Assembly: GCA_963676835.2 (NCBI GenBank)
Contig: CAXXFF010000002.1
Span: 1,152,001 to 1,216,000 of the forward strand
DNA from: Marispirochaeta sp.
GTDB lineage: Bacteria > Spirochaetota > Spirochaetia > JC444 > Marispirochaetaceae
Reading direction: 5' to 3'
Length of the DNA stretch: 64,000 nt
The position numbers and the translations under genes were made by a program. Each line of letters opens with the position of its first letter. Position 1 is the first letter of the stretch. The notes under the pieces were generated by a model. That model saw only the letters and a list, made by a program, of their open reading frames with translations, searched no databases and was not told the DNA's origin. Of the stretch, positions 47,716-57,618 are shown piece by piece.

Positions 47716-49085
47716 TCTTTCTCCTGAAACAGCGGCTGGTAGGCACGGGTAAGATTTCCTCTGATCTTCTTCCATATGTTTTTCCTCATGGGGAGTATTC
47801 TGCTTATCAGCTGGGCCAGGCGTACTGCTGCCAGTAGCAGAGGGTTCCGCTGAGGAAAATCGTAGAAGCCGTTCTGTTTATAGTATTTGTGGTCTGCCTG
47901 AAAAACAAAGCCCAGGGGACCATATATTTCATCCCGGAAGAGTCTTTGCCCGGCGACTCCGAGAAAGTCGTGTTCCCTGAAGTATCCCGCCTCCGCCTGT
48001 TCTATACTGAGGGCTGTCGCAGCTGAAATACTGTTAAGAGTATTTTCCGGATCTTCATCGCTGATCATGCCAATGAGGTTTGTGTAGTGGATCTGCAGCC
48101 AGGCCTCCAGTACCCTGCGGCCGGTATGCATCCCGCTTAAGGGTCCTTCTGTAAGAATAAGAATCTGCTTTCCCCGCAGACTGGGCTGATGGGTTTTGAA
48201 GAAACTGCGGTCCATGACGGTCTTGAAGCCCGAAGAGAGGAAGCGGTCCTTTACCGGGAATGCAAAGATGATAATATCTGATGTGAGCATCCTCCTGTAC
48301 AGCGGGATAAAGTCATCCTTCCCGTCATAGCTGCAGATATTGTCGAAGCCGCAGCGTAGGCAGCCCATGCAGCTACCGTTGATCCTATGTTCCGCCAGGT
48401 CAATGGTTTCAAGGGGGCCGCCGTAGATTTCACGGAAGTGTTCCATCATCACAGGAAGACTGTCTCCCGTCTCTCTGCTATTGGTCAATATAACGGCTCT
48501 TTTCTGTGTTGCCAGCGGTTTCGCGGGGTCCGCCGGGGCAGGTCTTCGGGAATGAGAATCCGTGATTGGAGGGGTATGTCCGGGAAGCGCTCGCTGTTGT
48601 GAAATGGAAGAAAGAAAATGGGAACAGAAGAGGGTGAACTGCTCTCTTTTTTTTGAATCCAGCAGATCCCGCATGGCGGCTGCATGGGAGTAGGTGAAAC
48701 GCATCCCCAGATCGTCGATAATTTCCCGCATATAGCTGTGGGCTGTATCGTCATAGAAGTGTATTGAAGTCGAAATTGTGGCGGCATATTTGCCGCGGAA
48801 AAGTTCTTTCCTGCTGTTTTCAAAAATCAGTTCAATAAACCGTTTATACCCCGCATGTACCAGGAGAATATAGAGCGGGAACGCCCAGAGTACACCGTCA
48901 CATTTCTGTATGCTGTCAAATACCCGGTTTATCTCCTCCGGGTTTTTCTCGAGGGCCTTTATTCTCTGAGCAACGTTGAAGGTCTGGTACTCATGTTCCG
49001 GATGCAGCTGCTTCAGGTAGCGGACATACTGCATGGTTACGCTGTCGTCCCCCTTGGGGCTTCCGTTGAAAATACAGATTTTCAT
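47712..49085 (-). CDS. NAD(P)H-dependent oxidoreductase, tandem flavodoxin/iron-sulfur flavoprotein domains
   Basis: NGSPKG..SVT, FPLY; second domain CMGCLRC....C...DD. Confidence 0.8.
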   Translation of the reverse strand: MKICIFNGSPKGDDSVTMQYVRYLKQLHPEHEYQTFNVAQRIKALEKNPEEINRVFDSIQKCDGVLWAFPLYILLVHAGYKRFIELIFENSRKELFRGKYAATISTSIHFYDDTAHSYMREIIDDLGMRFTYSHAAAMRDLLDSKKREQFTLFCSHFLSSISQQRALPGHTPPITDSHSRRPAPADPAKPLATQKRAVILTNSRETGDSLPVMMEHFREIYGGPLETIDLAEHRINGSCMGCLRCGFDNICSYDGKDDFIPLYRRMLTSDIIIFAFPVKDRFLSSGFKTVMDRSFFKTHQPSLRGKQILILTEGPLSGMHTGRRVLEAWLQIHYTNLIGMISDEDPENTLNSISAATALSIEQAEAGYFREHDFLGVAGQRLFRDEIYGPLGFVFQADHKYYKQNGFYDFPQRNPLLLAAVRLAQLISRILPMRKNIWKKIRGNLTRAYQPLFQEKE

Positions 49086-49699
49086 TGTTCTGTCTCCTCT
49101 TTGATATTTATGTGTTCCAGAATATGGGGATTATTTTTCCGCATATGTTCAAATGCTATTAATGCTCCTCCGGTTTCGTGGAGCTGCTGTCTCAGAAAAA
49201 TAGTACGCTTTTCTTCCGGCAGGCTTTTCGCCAGACTGTTGAGCCCGTGGGTGAATATCCACATCCGCGAAAGGAGAGTGCGGATCTGATCTTCTGCCAG
49301 GCCCTGAAGATGGGGATCTTTGCGGATATGGTTCAGCATGCGGAGTTTATCGGGTACCAGATTGTCCGGAGCAAGGCTTGTGCATCCTTCCAGGTAGAGA
49401 GCCCGGAACAAACCAGGGAACTCATCTGCAAAGCGCAGGTATCCCAGACCTATTCCCAGGAAGGGTTCCTCTTCACCGGCAAAACGGATAATAGCATCCA
49501 CAGCAAAATCTTCAGCCTGTGAGATGAGTTCACTCATTAATTGTTCCCGGGAGCTGAACACTCTGTAGACCGGTTGGGTCGATGCACCGAGGCCGGCGGC
49601 TATCTTCCTTATTGTTACACCTTCCCTTCCCTCCTGCCTGAGAATGCAAAAGGCTGCTTCCAGAATTTTCTTACGGGTAAAACTTACTTTCGGGGGCAC
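49082..49699 (-). CDS. TetR/AcrR-family regulator
   Basis: (M)PPKVSFTRKKIL, STQPVY..F, WIFTHG. Confidence 0.9.
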   Translation of the reverse strand: MPPKVSFTRKKILEAAFCILRQEGREGVTIRKIAAGLGASTQPVYRVFSSREQLMSELISQAEDFAVDAIIRFAGEEEPFLGIGLGYLRFADEFPGLFRALYLEGCTSLAPDNLVPDKLRMLNHIRKDPHLQGLAEDQIRTLLSRMWIFTHGLNSLAKSLPEEKRTIFLRQQLHETGGALIAFEHMRKNNPHILEHINIKEETEQ

Positions 49700-49710
49700 A
49701 ACCAACTCCG

Positions 49711-49732
49711 ATAAATAACAAGTGTTATTTAT
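49711..49732. promoter_or_regulatory. Probable TetR operator
   Basis: Perfect palindrome ATAAATAACA-AG-TGTTATTTAT just upstream of the tetR start. Confidence 0.7.
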
Positions 49733-49868
49733 TAATTACACCCTTTCTTCCGGGAATGCAAGGCTTTTTTCAGGATTAACGGAATTCCAACAATTTCCAG
49801 GGTTTTACCCTTACTATAGAATTTGATATACTACTGATATACCAACTTTCTTTAACTGGAGAACTAAC

Positions 49869-51236
49869 ATGCAGAAAGCAGTTGTACCTTTCGGCAGCAA
49901 GCATATTGAGGTAAATCTTCCCGACGATGTTGATATACTCGGCATGGGAACCCCGGTGGCCCTTGATGCCCCGGCAGAGAAAATTCAGGCAGCTCTGGAT
50001 TCACCTATCAACAGCCCCGGCTTTGATGAAATAGTAAAGACTAAAAAGGCCGCCAAGGCTGATGCAACGGCTGTAATCGTCATTTCCGACAACACCCGCC
50101 CTGTTCCCTATACCGGAGAGCAGGGAATCCTCTGGCCTCTGGTGGACCGGCTGATGAAAAACGGAGTTGCCCCGGGCAATATAACGGTACTTGTGGCTAC
50201 CGGAACTCATCGCGGTCTTACCCGTGAAGAGGTTGAGCGGATGATCGACGGCAGGGTTTTTGAAGCCGGCTGTCAGCTGATAAACCATGACTGTAAAGAC
50301 GACGAAAACCTTACCTACCTGGGAACAACCGCCCGGGGAAGTGAAATCTACATTGATAAACTCTATGTGGAGAGCGATATTAAGATCCTCACCGGCCTTG
50401 TTGAGAGCCATTTTATGGCGGGGGCCTCGGGCGGTCGGAAATCCATCTGTCCCGGTCTTATCGGAGAAGAGAGTACCTTTGTTTTTCATGGAGCACCCAT
50501 GATGGCAGACCCCAACAGTACCGACCTGAAACTGGAAGGAAATCCCTGCCACGAAGAGTCCTTTGAGGTGGCGTCCAGTGCCGGAGCAGACTTTATTATC
50601 AATGTAACCCTGGATCACAGCTTCAATGTTACCGGTGTTTTTGCCGGTGCCCTAAAAGAGGCCCATGAAGCAGCCGTAGAGCATTTAAAGAGTTATACTG
50701 CTGTGCCTTATGAAGGCGAGTATGATGTGGTATTTACCCATGCCGGATTTGTAGGTATCAACCACTACCAGGTTGCCAAGGCAGGCTGTGTGGCCGCCCG
50801 GGTCATCAAGGACGGCGGACATGTCCTTATGGTTGCCGACAATGCGGATACTGACCCTGTGGGAAGCCTTGCATACAAGACTGTTCTTCAGCTGCTTACC
50901 CTGAACGGACCCGACGCGGTAGACAAGATTCTGCTTTCTCCGGACTGGAAGTTTATCCCCGAGCAGTGGCAGGTGCAGATGTGGAACCGTCTGTTCAGAA
51001 AAATCCCTCTGGATAACTTCCATTATTACAGTCCCCAGTTTGGCGATGCACAGTATGCGCTCAGCCCCGGTGGAAAACTTGCAGACCTCGCCGGTGTATC
51101 CGGGGAAGGTTCACCGGAAAGTATCCTTCCCGATATGATCGGCAAAAGCATTGAAGCCTTAAAAAAAGCTCATAAAGGCCCCGATCCCTTAAGAATTGCG
51201 TATCTTAAAGACGGACCTTACGGTATTCCTCTGTAG
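49869..51236 (+). CDS. larA: Nickel-pincer lactate racemase LarA family
   Basis: SDNTRPVP, ATGTHR, NHD, HFMAGASGGRKSICPG. Confidence 0.85.
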   Translation: MQKAVVPFGSKHIEVNLPDDVDILGMGTPVALDAPAEKIQAALDSPINSPGFDEIVKTKKAAKADATAVIVISDNTRPVPYTGEQGILWPLVDRLMKNGVAPGNITVLVATGTHRGLTREEVERMIDGRVFEAGCQLINHDCKDDENLTYLGTTARGSEIYIDKLYVESDIKILTGLVESHFMAGASGGRKSICPGLIGEESTFVFHGAPMMADPNSTDLKLEGNPCHEESFEVASSAGADFIINVTLDHSFNVTGVFAGALKEAHEAAVEHLKSYTAVPYEGEYDVVFTHAGFVGINHYQVAKAGCVAARVIKDGGHVLMVADNADTDPVGSLAYKTVLQLLTLNGPDAVDKILLSPDWKFIPEQWQVQMWNRLFRKIPLDNFHYYSPQFGDAQYALSPGGKLADLAGVSGEGSPESILPDMIGKSIEALKKAHKGPDPLRIAYLKDGPYGIPL

Positions 51237-51263
51237 GGCTATTTCCTTTTTGAAGGAGGCGCT

Positions 51264-51626
51264 ATGAAGATCGAGATTTCTGTCGGCGGTTATGAGTTGG
51301 AAGGTGAGCTTTTTGATACAGAGCTCGGGCGCGAGATTGCAGAGATGCTTCCCCTTGAGGGGTATGCATCGGCATGGGGCGATGAACTCTATTTTTCCAT
51401 GGATATTTCCTACGATCCACTGGAAGGTACCGCAGATATGGAAATAGGCGATCTTGCATACTGGCCTCCGGGAAATGCTTTCTGTATTTTCTACGGACCC
51501 ACCCCCGCAAGTACCGGTTCCAAGCCCCGGATGGCCTCTGAAGGCGAGGTTTTCGGGCGGATTACCGATGATGCCACCATTCTGGAAGGCAGCGGGGGAG
51601 GGAAGGTCGAGGTCCGGGCTATATAG
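51264..51626 (+). CDS. Cyclophilin-like fold protein (TM1367-like)
   Basis: WGDELYF, GDLAYWPPGNAFCIFYGPTP. Confidence 0.85.
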   Translation: MKIEISVGGYELEGELFDTELGREIAEMLPLEGYASAWGDELYFSMDISYDPLEGTADMEIGDLAYWPPGNAFCIFYGPTPASTGSKPRMASEGEVFGRITDDATILEGSGGGKVEVRAI

Positions 51627-52296
51627 CCGGGACCTCTTCCACCAGACTGGTGGTTACTTCCGGCGCTCCGGGGCCGCCCATGGGTCCTTCATAGCGGAGA
51701 AAGCGGCCGTCACTGATTCGGTACCAGAGTTCCGCCTTCCACATGAAAGCAGGTACATTCTTTACGGTCAGCCGTACCCGGACTGTCTCTTCAGATCTCC
51801 CGTTTATAAGTAAGGTTTCCTCTTCCTGCCGGGTCAGTACCCAGTTTGAAAGCTCCATGGTGTCAGGGCGGAGCATAACAAAAGCTTCTTTTTTCGCCCC
51901 CGAGAGGACAAAGCAGCTGTATTGATGGTTCATGGTCTGATACCATTTCTGTCCCGGTTCCAGCTCAACCCTCGTGTCGATCCGGTTTTCTCCGATGTTT
52001 CCTTCAACATGGATCACCTGCCCGCTTCGTCTGGCAGTCAGGCTGCTGTTTTCCTTCAAGTCCTGCAGCTGCCATTCCCTGGTATTCATCCGACTGTCGC
52101 AGACAAGGCGGGTAACTCTGCTTTCAGTTTCAAGGGAAAGAACAGTTTGAGATTGCCCCTGTTCAATGGACCAGATTATATTCTCCGTTTCTTCCGCTCC
52201 TTTCACGGAATACTCCAGGCGGGTCTCGGCAGAAACAGTGCCGAGCAAGACGCATAAGATGCTTGCTGTAATCAACATTATAACGACTCTTTTCAT
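51619..52296 (-). CDS. Hypothetical exported protein
   Basis: Signal peptide; C-terminal LWY...G.FLRYEG..GGPG. Confidence 0.7.
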   Translation of the reverse strand: MKRVVIMLITASILCVLLGTVSAETRLEYSVKGAEETENIIWSIEQGQSQTVLSLETESRVTRLVCDSRMNTREWQLQDLKENSSLTARRSGQVIHVEGNIGENRIDTRVELEPGQKWYQTMNHQYSCFVLSGAKKEAFVMLRPDTMELSNWVLTRQEEETLLINGRSEETVRVRLTVKNVPAFMWKAELWYRISDGRFLRYEGPMGGPGAPEVTTSLVEEVPAI

Positions 52297-52384
52297 ATCC
52301 AACTCCTGTCTCTTTAACTGATGATATGCATGGAACTGTTACCGGATAATTAATAAAAATGATTTTTACAGTATACTTATCCGT

Positions 52385-52954
52385 ATGCAGGCAAAAACAG
52401 CCCTTCGGCGGAAAATGAAGCAGGTGCTTAAGGATCTTTCCGAAAACGAAAGACATATACAGGAGTCTGAGGTTCTGGAAATGGTCGCAGCCGGTACAGA
52501 ATGGGCTTTTTCTGAATGGATCTTCGGCTACCTGTCTATGAATGGTGAGTTTAATCTGGACGCTCTCTTGGACAGGGCTGTCAACGAAGGGAAAAAGATC
52601 GCCCTTCCCCGGGTAGATGGCAGTGAATTGAGATTTATTCAGGTACAGGATATGCATACCGCCTGGGAGATTCACCCCTACGGTATGAGAGAGCCCCGGG
52701 ATGAGGGTTTATATGTCGATCCGGCACTTTGTGCGGAAGATGGTCTTCTAATGCTTGTTCCCGGCCTCTGCTTTGACCTCGAGGGCTATCGCCTTGGGTA
52801 TGGTGGCGGTTTTTATGATCGCCTGTTGTCCGGGCTCCGCCCCTATAGTCGGGTAAAGAGCGCTGCCTGTTTTTTCCGGCAGCAACTGGTGGATGCAGTT
52901 CCACGGGAAGCTCACGACCGCCGGCTGGACAGGCTGTTCTTTACGGCAAAATAA
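52385..52954 (+). CDS. 5-formyltetrahydrofolate cyclo-ligase
   Basis: K..LR, LPRV, VPGL.FD..GYRLGYGGGFYDR, HD. Confidence 0.93.
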   Translation: MQAKTALRRKMKQVLKDLSENERHIQESEVLEMVAAGTEWAFSEWIFGYLSMNGEFNLDALLDRAVNEGKKIALPRVDGSELRFIQVQDMHTAWEIHPYGMREPRDEGLYVDPALCAEDGLLMLVPGLCFDLEGYRLGYGGGFYDRLLSGLRPYSRVKSAACFFRQQLVDAVPREAHDRRLDRLFFTAK

Positions 52955-53023
52955 AAGCCGCTCAACCCGTTATCCAGGGAGCGGCCTTGTTTCTTTTGCT
53001 GTTTCTTGACGAAAGTCAATATA
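52950..53023 (-). ncRNA. Candidate small RNA (~72 nt) downstream of glgX
   Basis: TTGACA-N17-TACATT (53058-53030), 5' hairpin, CA-rich linker, terminator. Confidence 0.5.
52953..52997. terminator. Bidirectional intrinsic terminator
   Basis: GCCGCTC...GAGCGGC stem with an A-run before and T-rich run after. Confidence 0.65.
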
Positions 53024-53100
53024 CTGTTAAATGTATATGAGAAATTTAATATTGTCAACTATAATACGAGAAAATAGAGATTTTATCGTAAATGGAATAA

Positions 53101-55206
53101 TCAGCTTGTTTCCCTGACTGATTCTGTAGATTCTGAAAGAAGCAGCACCATGGAATGAGCCCTCACGGGGTATGTATTCTGATTATCAAGTTCCGCTGCA
53201 CTTCCCATCTCGATAATATCCGGAACAGCAGCGGTATCAATCTTTCTCTGCCATATTTTACCCGATGGAGGTTCGGGAATGGTAAAAACCGTATCCTCTG
53301 CTTCGGCATTAAACATCAGAAAGAAATCGTTATCGTCCCTGTCTGCCTTAATTTCCGCCTTGCTTCCGTCAATTAATACAGATAGAAGATTGTCCCTGCA
53401 TGACCAGTCGAAGGGACGGCACTTTTCATTCAGCCAGGTAATGTCCGGAAGACCGTTAAGGCTGATATCCTGCCCGGAGAAGAACTCTGAACGCTTAAAG
53501 GCCGGATGTCTGCGGCGGAACTTAATCAGCTCCGTACAAAAGCGGTAGATATCACCGTGTGTTTTCGTCAGATTCCAGTCGAACCAGGATATCTCGTTAT
53601 CCTGACAATAGGCGTTGTTATTTCCCCGCTGGCTGCGACGGAATTCATCACCCCCCAGAAGCATCGGTGTTCCAGTGGATAAGAGCAGTGATGCCAGCAG
53701 GTTTTTAACCTGACGGTTTCGCACTTTTTCCACTTCAGGGTTATCGCTTAATCCCTCGGCTCCGCAGTTGAAAGAGAGGTTGGAGTCATTCCCGTCCCGG
53801 TTCTCTTCCCCATTCATGAGATTGTTCTTGCGTGTGTAGCTGACCATGTCATTAAGGGTAAAGCCGTCATGGGAGGTGATAAAGTTGATACTGTGGAAGG
53901 GTTTACGCCCGTCGGAGAGGTACAGGTCGGAACTGCCGGAAAAACGCATGGCAAGAGAGGCTGTTTTTCCCGGCACGTTCCCCCAGAACTCACGGAGATC
54001 ATCTCTGTAGCGGTCATTCCATTCTGCCCAGCGGCCGCCGGGAAAACTTCCCACCTGATAGGCTCCGGCAGCATCCCAGGCTTCTGCTATTACCTTGGTG
54101 TCTCTGAGTATGGGATCTTCCGCAATCCGTTCTATGATCGGGGGATTTTCCAGCAGTCGTCCGGTCTGGTCCCGTCCGAGGATTGAACCGAGGTCGAAGC
54201 GGAAACCGTCAACGTGCATCTCCATTACCCAATAGTGAAGACAGTCAAGAATAAGGGTTCGGAGAATAGGGTGGTTGCAGTTCATGGTATTGCCGCATCC
54301 GGAGAAGTTCTTGTATCCCCTGCGGGATTCGTCCAGAATGTAGTAAATACTGTTGTCCAGTCCCCGGAAGCTGAAGGTCGGACCTTCTTCGTTTCCTTCC
54401 GCAGTGTGATTAAAAACTATATCCAGGATAACTTCGATTCCTGCAGCATGAAGTTCCCTGACCATCTCTTTGAACTCATTAACCTGGGCGCCCCGGCTGC
54501 TGTCGTGGGCGAAGACTGCTGCGGGGGAGAAGAAATTTACCGTGCTGTATCCCCAGTAGTTCCGCAGTTCTTCCCCGGTTTCCGGATTGGTTCTGGAAAA
54601 CTCATAGGGGTTAAACTCCTGCACCGGAAGAAACTCAAGGCTGGTTATGCCCAGCTCCTTGAAGTAGGGAATCTTTTCTATTACCCCCCGGTAGGTGCCC
54701 GGAGCTTCAACCGATGCGGAACTATCTTTTGTCAGGCCAGCCAGATGAGTTTCATAAATTATACAGTCCCGCAGGGGGTAGTTAAGAGGTGTGTCACCCT
54801 TCCAGTCAAAGTCATCGTTAACAACCACGCATTTCGGCATTTTGTCGGGATCCCAGCCAGTCCATGGGCCCTGGGAGCTGAGAGCTTTTGCGTAGGGATC
54901 GATGATGCGGGTATCCGAAGAAAAACGGTGTCCTTTCTCAGGATCAAAAGGGCCGTCAACCTGGTAGAGATAAAGCTGTCCTTCTGCTATGCCGGGTATA
55001 TGGATATGCCATATATCACCGGTGCGGTTCTGGCTTCTGTCCAGGGTGTATCGTGCTGAAGGAGCCTTGTCTTCAGGCTGATCAAATAGCAGCAGTGTTA
55101 CGGCATCGGCATGGCGGGAGAACAGATTAAACTGGGTCCCGCAGTTTGTAATATTTGCTCCCAGGGGAAGCGGATGTCCTGCCTCGGAACAGAGTGGGTG
55201 CTGCAT
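53101..55206 (-). CDS. glgX: Glycogen debranching enzyme
   Basis: PLGA, NYWGYST, DIVFNHTAEG, DGFRFDL, AEAWD, SINFITSHDGFTL, GNNNAYCQDNE. Confidence 0.96.
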   Translation of the reverse strand: MQHPLCSEAGHPLPLGANITNCGTQFNLFSRHADAVTLLLFDQPEDKAPSARYTLDRSQNRTGDIWHIHIPGIAEGQLYLYQVDGPFDPEKGHRFSSDTRIIDPYAKALSSQGPWTGWDPDKMPKCVVVNDDFDWKGDTPLNYPLRDCIIYETHLAGLTKDSSASVEAPGTYRGVIEKIPYFKELGITSLEFLPVQEFNPYEFSRTNPETGEELRNYWGYSTVNFFSPAAVFAHDSSRGAQVNEFKEMVRELHAAGIEVILDIVFNHTAEGNEEGPTFSFRGLDNSIYYILDESRRGYKNFSGCGNTMNCNHPILRTLILDCLHYWVMEMHVDGFRFDLGSILGRDQTGRLLENPPIIERIAEDPILRDTKVIAEAWDAAGAYQVGSFPGGRWAEWNDRYRDDLREFWGNVPGKTASLAMRFSGSSDLYLSDGRKPFHSINFITSHDGFTLNDMVSYTRKNNLMNGEENRDGNDSNLSFNCGAEGLSDNPEVEKVRNRQVKNLLASLLLSTGTPMLLGGDEFRRSQRGNNNAYCQDNEISWFDWNLTKTHGDIYRFCTELIKFRRRHPAFKRSEFFSGQDISLNGLPDITWLNEKCRPFDWSCRDNLLSVLIDGSKAEIKADRDDNDFFLMFNAEAEDTVFTIPEPPSGKIWQRKIDTAAVPDIIEMGSAAELDNQNTYPVRAHSMVLLLSESTESVRETS

Positions 55207-55393
55207 AAATGTTCATTACCTCGATACACAGTATACACCTTTATATAAGGAAAAATGGAGAAAATTGTTTCTGTGTTATTGCCTACACCATAGCTTAAGT
55301 ATACATTTCCGACAAGAAGTCTCAGGTTAAAAATATGTCAGTGTTTATCAACAACGGTTTGACAATACCGCTTCTCCGGTTTTACCATTGCAT

Positions 55394-56098
55394 ATGGCAA
55401 CCGCACATCTGCTTGATCTGGATCGAAAACGACTGATCAAGCATCACCAGATTTACATCCTCGGCAGTATAACCATTCAAAATCAATTAATGCGGGATCT
55501 GTTTCAGTATGAAATGCAGCTGTATCCGGGACTCAGTCCGGATATCAAGGCTTTTCCAGTCTCCTCCAATCTTAATGGAGGGCGCAGAATCCTCATGATT
55601 GACTGCCTTGAGCGTGATACCGATGCCTTTCTGTCCAGCCGGGAACTTTCTGACTGGATCCTTCCCAGGTTTCAGCTCGTCGCCTTCTATAATCTGAATC
55701 CGCGTTGGGGCCGTGAAAGGGAGAGTATCAACCTGGGGGTAAAAGGGTTTTTTTACCGTACCGATACTGTAGAGGTTCTGGCTGAAGGCATTTTTACCCT
55801 GTACACCGAAGGACTCTGGATTCCCCGGGGAGGTCTTTTTGAACCTCTGGAGGATGAAGAGGATGAGGATTCACTCCCGGTTGATGGTGGTATGGATATA
55901 TCTGATTTCTTTCTCACCAGGCGGGAGATTCAAATTCTCAAGAATCTTGGCGCCGGCCTGCGAAACCGGAATATTGCAGAAAACCTGGGAATCGAAGAAG
56001 CCACGGTAAAAACTCATATCTACAACGTCTACCGGAAAATCGGAGTCAAAAGGCGGGCAGAGGCTGTTTTATGGGCTGTGAAACATCTGCATATATAA
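55394..56098 (+). CDS. LuxR-family regulator with degenerate receiver-like N-terminus (CsgD-like)
   Basis: LTRREIQIL..G..N..IA..L.I.EATVKTHIYNVYRKIGV; GVKGFFY..D. Confidence 0.85.
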   Translation: MATAHLLDLDRKRLIKHHQIYILGSITIQNQLMRDLFQYEMQLYPGLSPDIKAFPVSSNLNGGRRILMIDCLERDTDAFLSSRELSDWILPRFQLVAFYNLNPRWGRERESINLGVKGFFYRTDTVEVLAEGIFTLYTEGLWIPRGGLFEPLEDEEDEDSLPVDGGMDISDFFLTRREIQILKNLGAGLRNRNIAENLGIEEATVKTHIYNVYRKIGVKRRAEAVLWAVKHLHI

Positions 56099-56690
56099 AA
56101 GGCCGTAAAATTTATGGAAAATTTAATAGCTCCAATAACGCTAAAAGATATTTATAGTGGCTTTAATGTATGAAAAAATATACATAATTACGCATAAAGT
56201 TGTAGAAAAAAAAGTAATAATTCAGCAAAAAGTCGTATATGTGTATCAATAGAAACATGGTATTTTTTGACCGTACAGAAATAGTACATCTGTTCATTGA
56301 CAAGTTAATCCAGCGGACAGGCTTTTACAGGCAGGTTTACAGCTGGTTTGTGTGAATTTTAGTAACACAGTGCTATTATTTAAAATAGCAGACAAATTAA
56401 GGTGAAATTATAAAATTAATATAAATAAGAGCATGTAATATTAAAAGTGTCATAAAAGTGTGGAATTGAATAAGTACTGTGAATTATCAAGTGTTTAGAA
56501 ATGATAAGTATTTTTGAGTAATAAAAGAGTAAATAAAAAAGAATAAAGAATTAAAGAATAAAGAAATAAGTTAAATAAAGAAGAAAAAGTTTTTAGATAA
56601 CAAAAAGATCTAAGAAAAAAAATGAAGAAAAAAAGGTGTATTGAGAAAATTTCTGTAAAGTAAAAAGGTAAAAAATGCTGTTTCTTGTTG

Positions 56691-56724
56691 AAAGGCTCCC
56701 CTGTTGCAGGGGGGTCTTTTTTTT
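56691..56724 (+). terminator. Intrinsic terminator
   Basis: AAAGGCTCCCCTG-TTG-CAGGGGGGTCTTT running into T8. Confidence 0.85.
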
Positions 56725-56753
56725 ATCCTTTTGGATAATGTTATTGGTGTTGG

Positions 56754-57566
56754 TTAGCTTGAAGCAGTTTTACGGAAGTTGCTGGGGCTCATTCCAACAG
56801 TTTTGCGGAACTGTTTGTTGAAATACTGAGGATCGCCCATACCTATTTCATCCCCGATGCTGCTCACCGGGAGGTTTGTTCTTGAGAGAAGTTCTTTTGC
56901 CTGTTCTATACGCCGCTGGTGCATATACTGGTTGATGGTGACACCGAAGCGCTGACGGAACAAGGTAGATAAATAGGTTTGGCTTACGCCCGCCTCTTCG
57001 GCTATCTGGGGAATTGATACCTTGTCTCCCAGTGAGGATTCCAGTCTTTCCAGCATCCCGTGGAGGACAATATCAGATTTATGCATTTCCCCCCTGGTCA
57101 TCCGTGCCATACGCATAAGAAATGAGTAGAACCGGGCGGAGGCGATCTGCTTATTCAACATTTTTTCTTCGGGATCCGAGGCTGGAGCATTGAAGCCGGC
57201 GGCTATCCGTCCGCATTCTTGGAGAATGGGATGATGCAGCCCTTTCATGGATGCAAGGAAAGGCAGTTCAAAACTGCCTGCGCCATTCACCTCGGGCAAA
57301 AGAAATCTGAAAGCCCACTGATGCCCCTTGGAACTTCCTCTGAAGCGTATATCCGGTTGTGCCGGCAGACAGGTAATATCCCCCGGGGAAACTTCATATT
57401 CACAGGAATTCAATAACAGTTCTCCAGAGTCGATATGGACATATAGACAGTATAGATTTTCAGGGCCACGGGGCAAGGAGGTTTCCATGGTATCCACCGG
57501 CTGAAACCCGGCATATACAATTTCCGGAAGACCTTTATAGGGAACTCTTATGTTTTTAATACACAT
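56754..57566 (-). CDS. AraC-family regulator
   Basis: Cupin-like N-terminus; VSQTYLSTLF, RIEQAKELL, DPQYFNKQFRK..GMSP. Confidence 0.92.
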   Translation of the reverse strand: MCIKNIRVPYKGLPEIVYAGFQPVDTMETSLPRGPENLYCLYVHIDSGELLLNSCEYEVSPGDITCLPAQPDIRFRGSSKGHQWAFRFLLPEVNGAGSFELPFLASMKGLHHPILQECGRIAAGFNAPASDPEEKMLNKQIASARFYSFLMRMARMTRGEMHKSDIVLHGMLERLESSLGDKVSIPQIAEEAGVSQTYLSTLFRQRFGVTINQYMHQRRIEQAKELLSRTNLPVSSIGDEIGMGDPQYFNKQFRKTVGMSPSNFRKTASS

Positions 57567-57618
57567 ACATTTTCTTACCTTGTTTATATATTCAATGTAT
57601 CAAATCCGGGTAAAATTG

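Noticed and set aside
52302..52385. 6S RNA upstream of the 5-formyl-THF cyclo-ligase
   Set aside because: Gap is only ~85 nt, AT-rich and has no long hairpin
54214..55059. 281-aa plus-strand ORF
   Set aside because: Antisense shadow of glgX
56100..56750. oriC, CRISPR array or CsrB-type RNA
   Set aside because: No DnaA boxes seen, no regular repeat-spacer pattern, and GGA motifs are scarce
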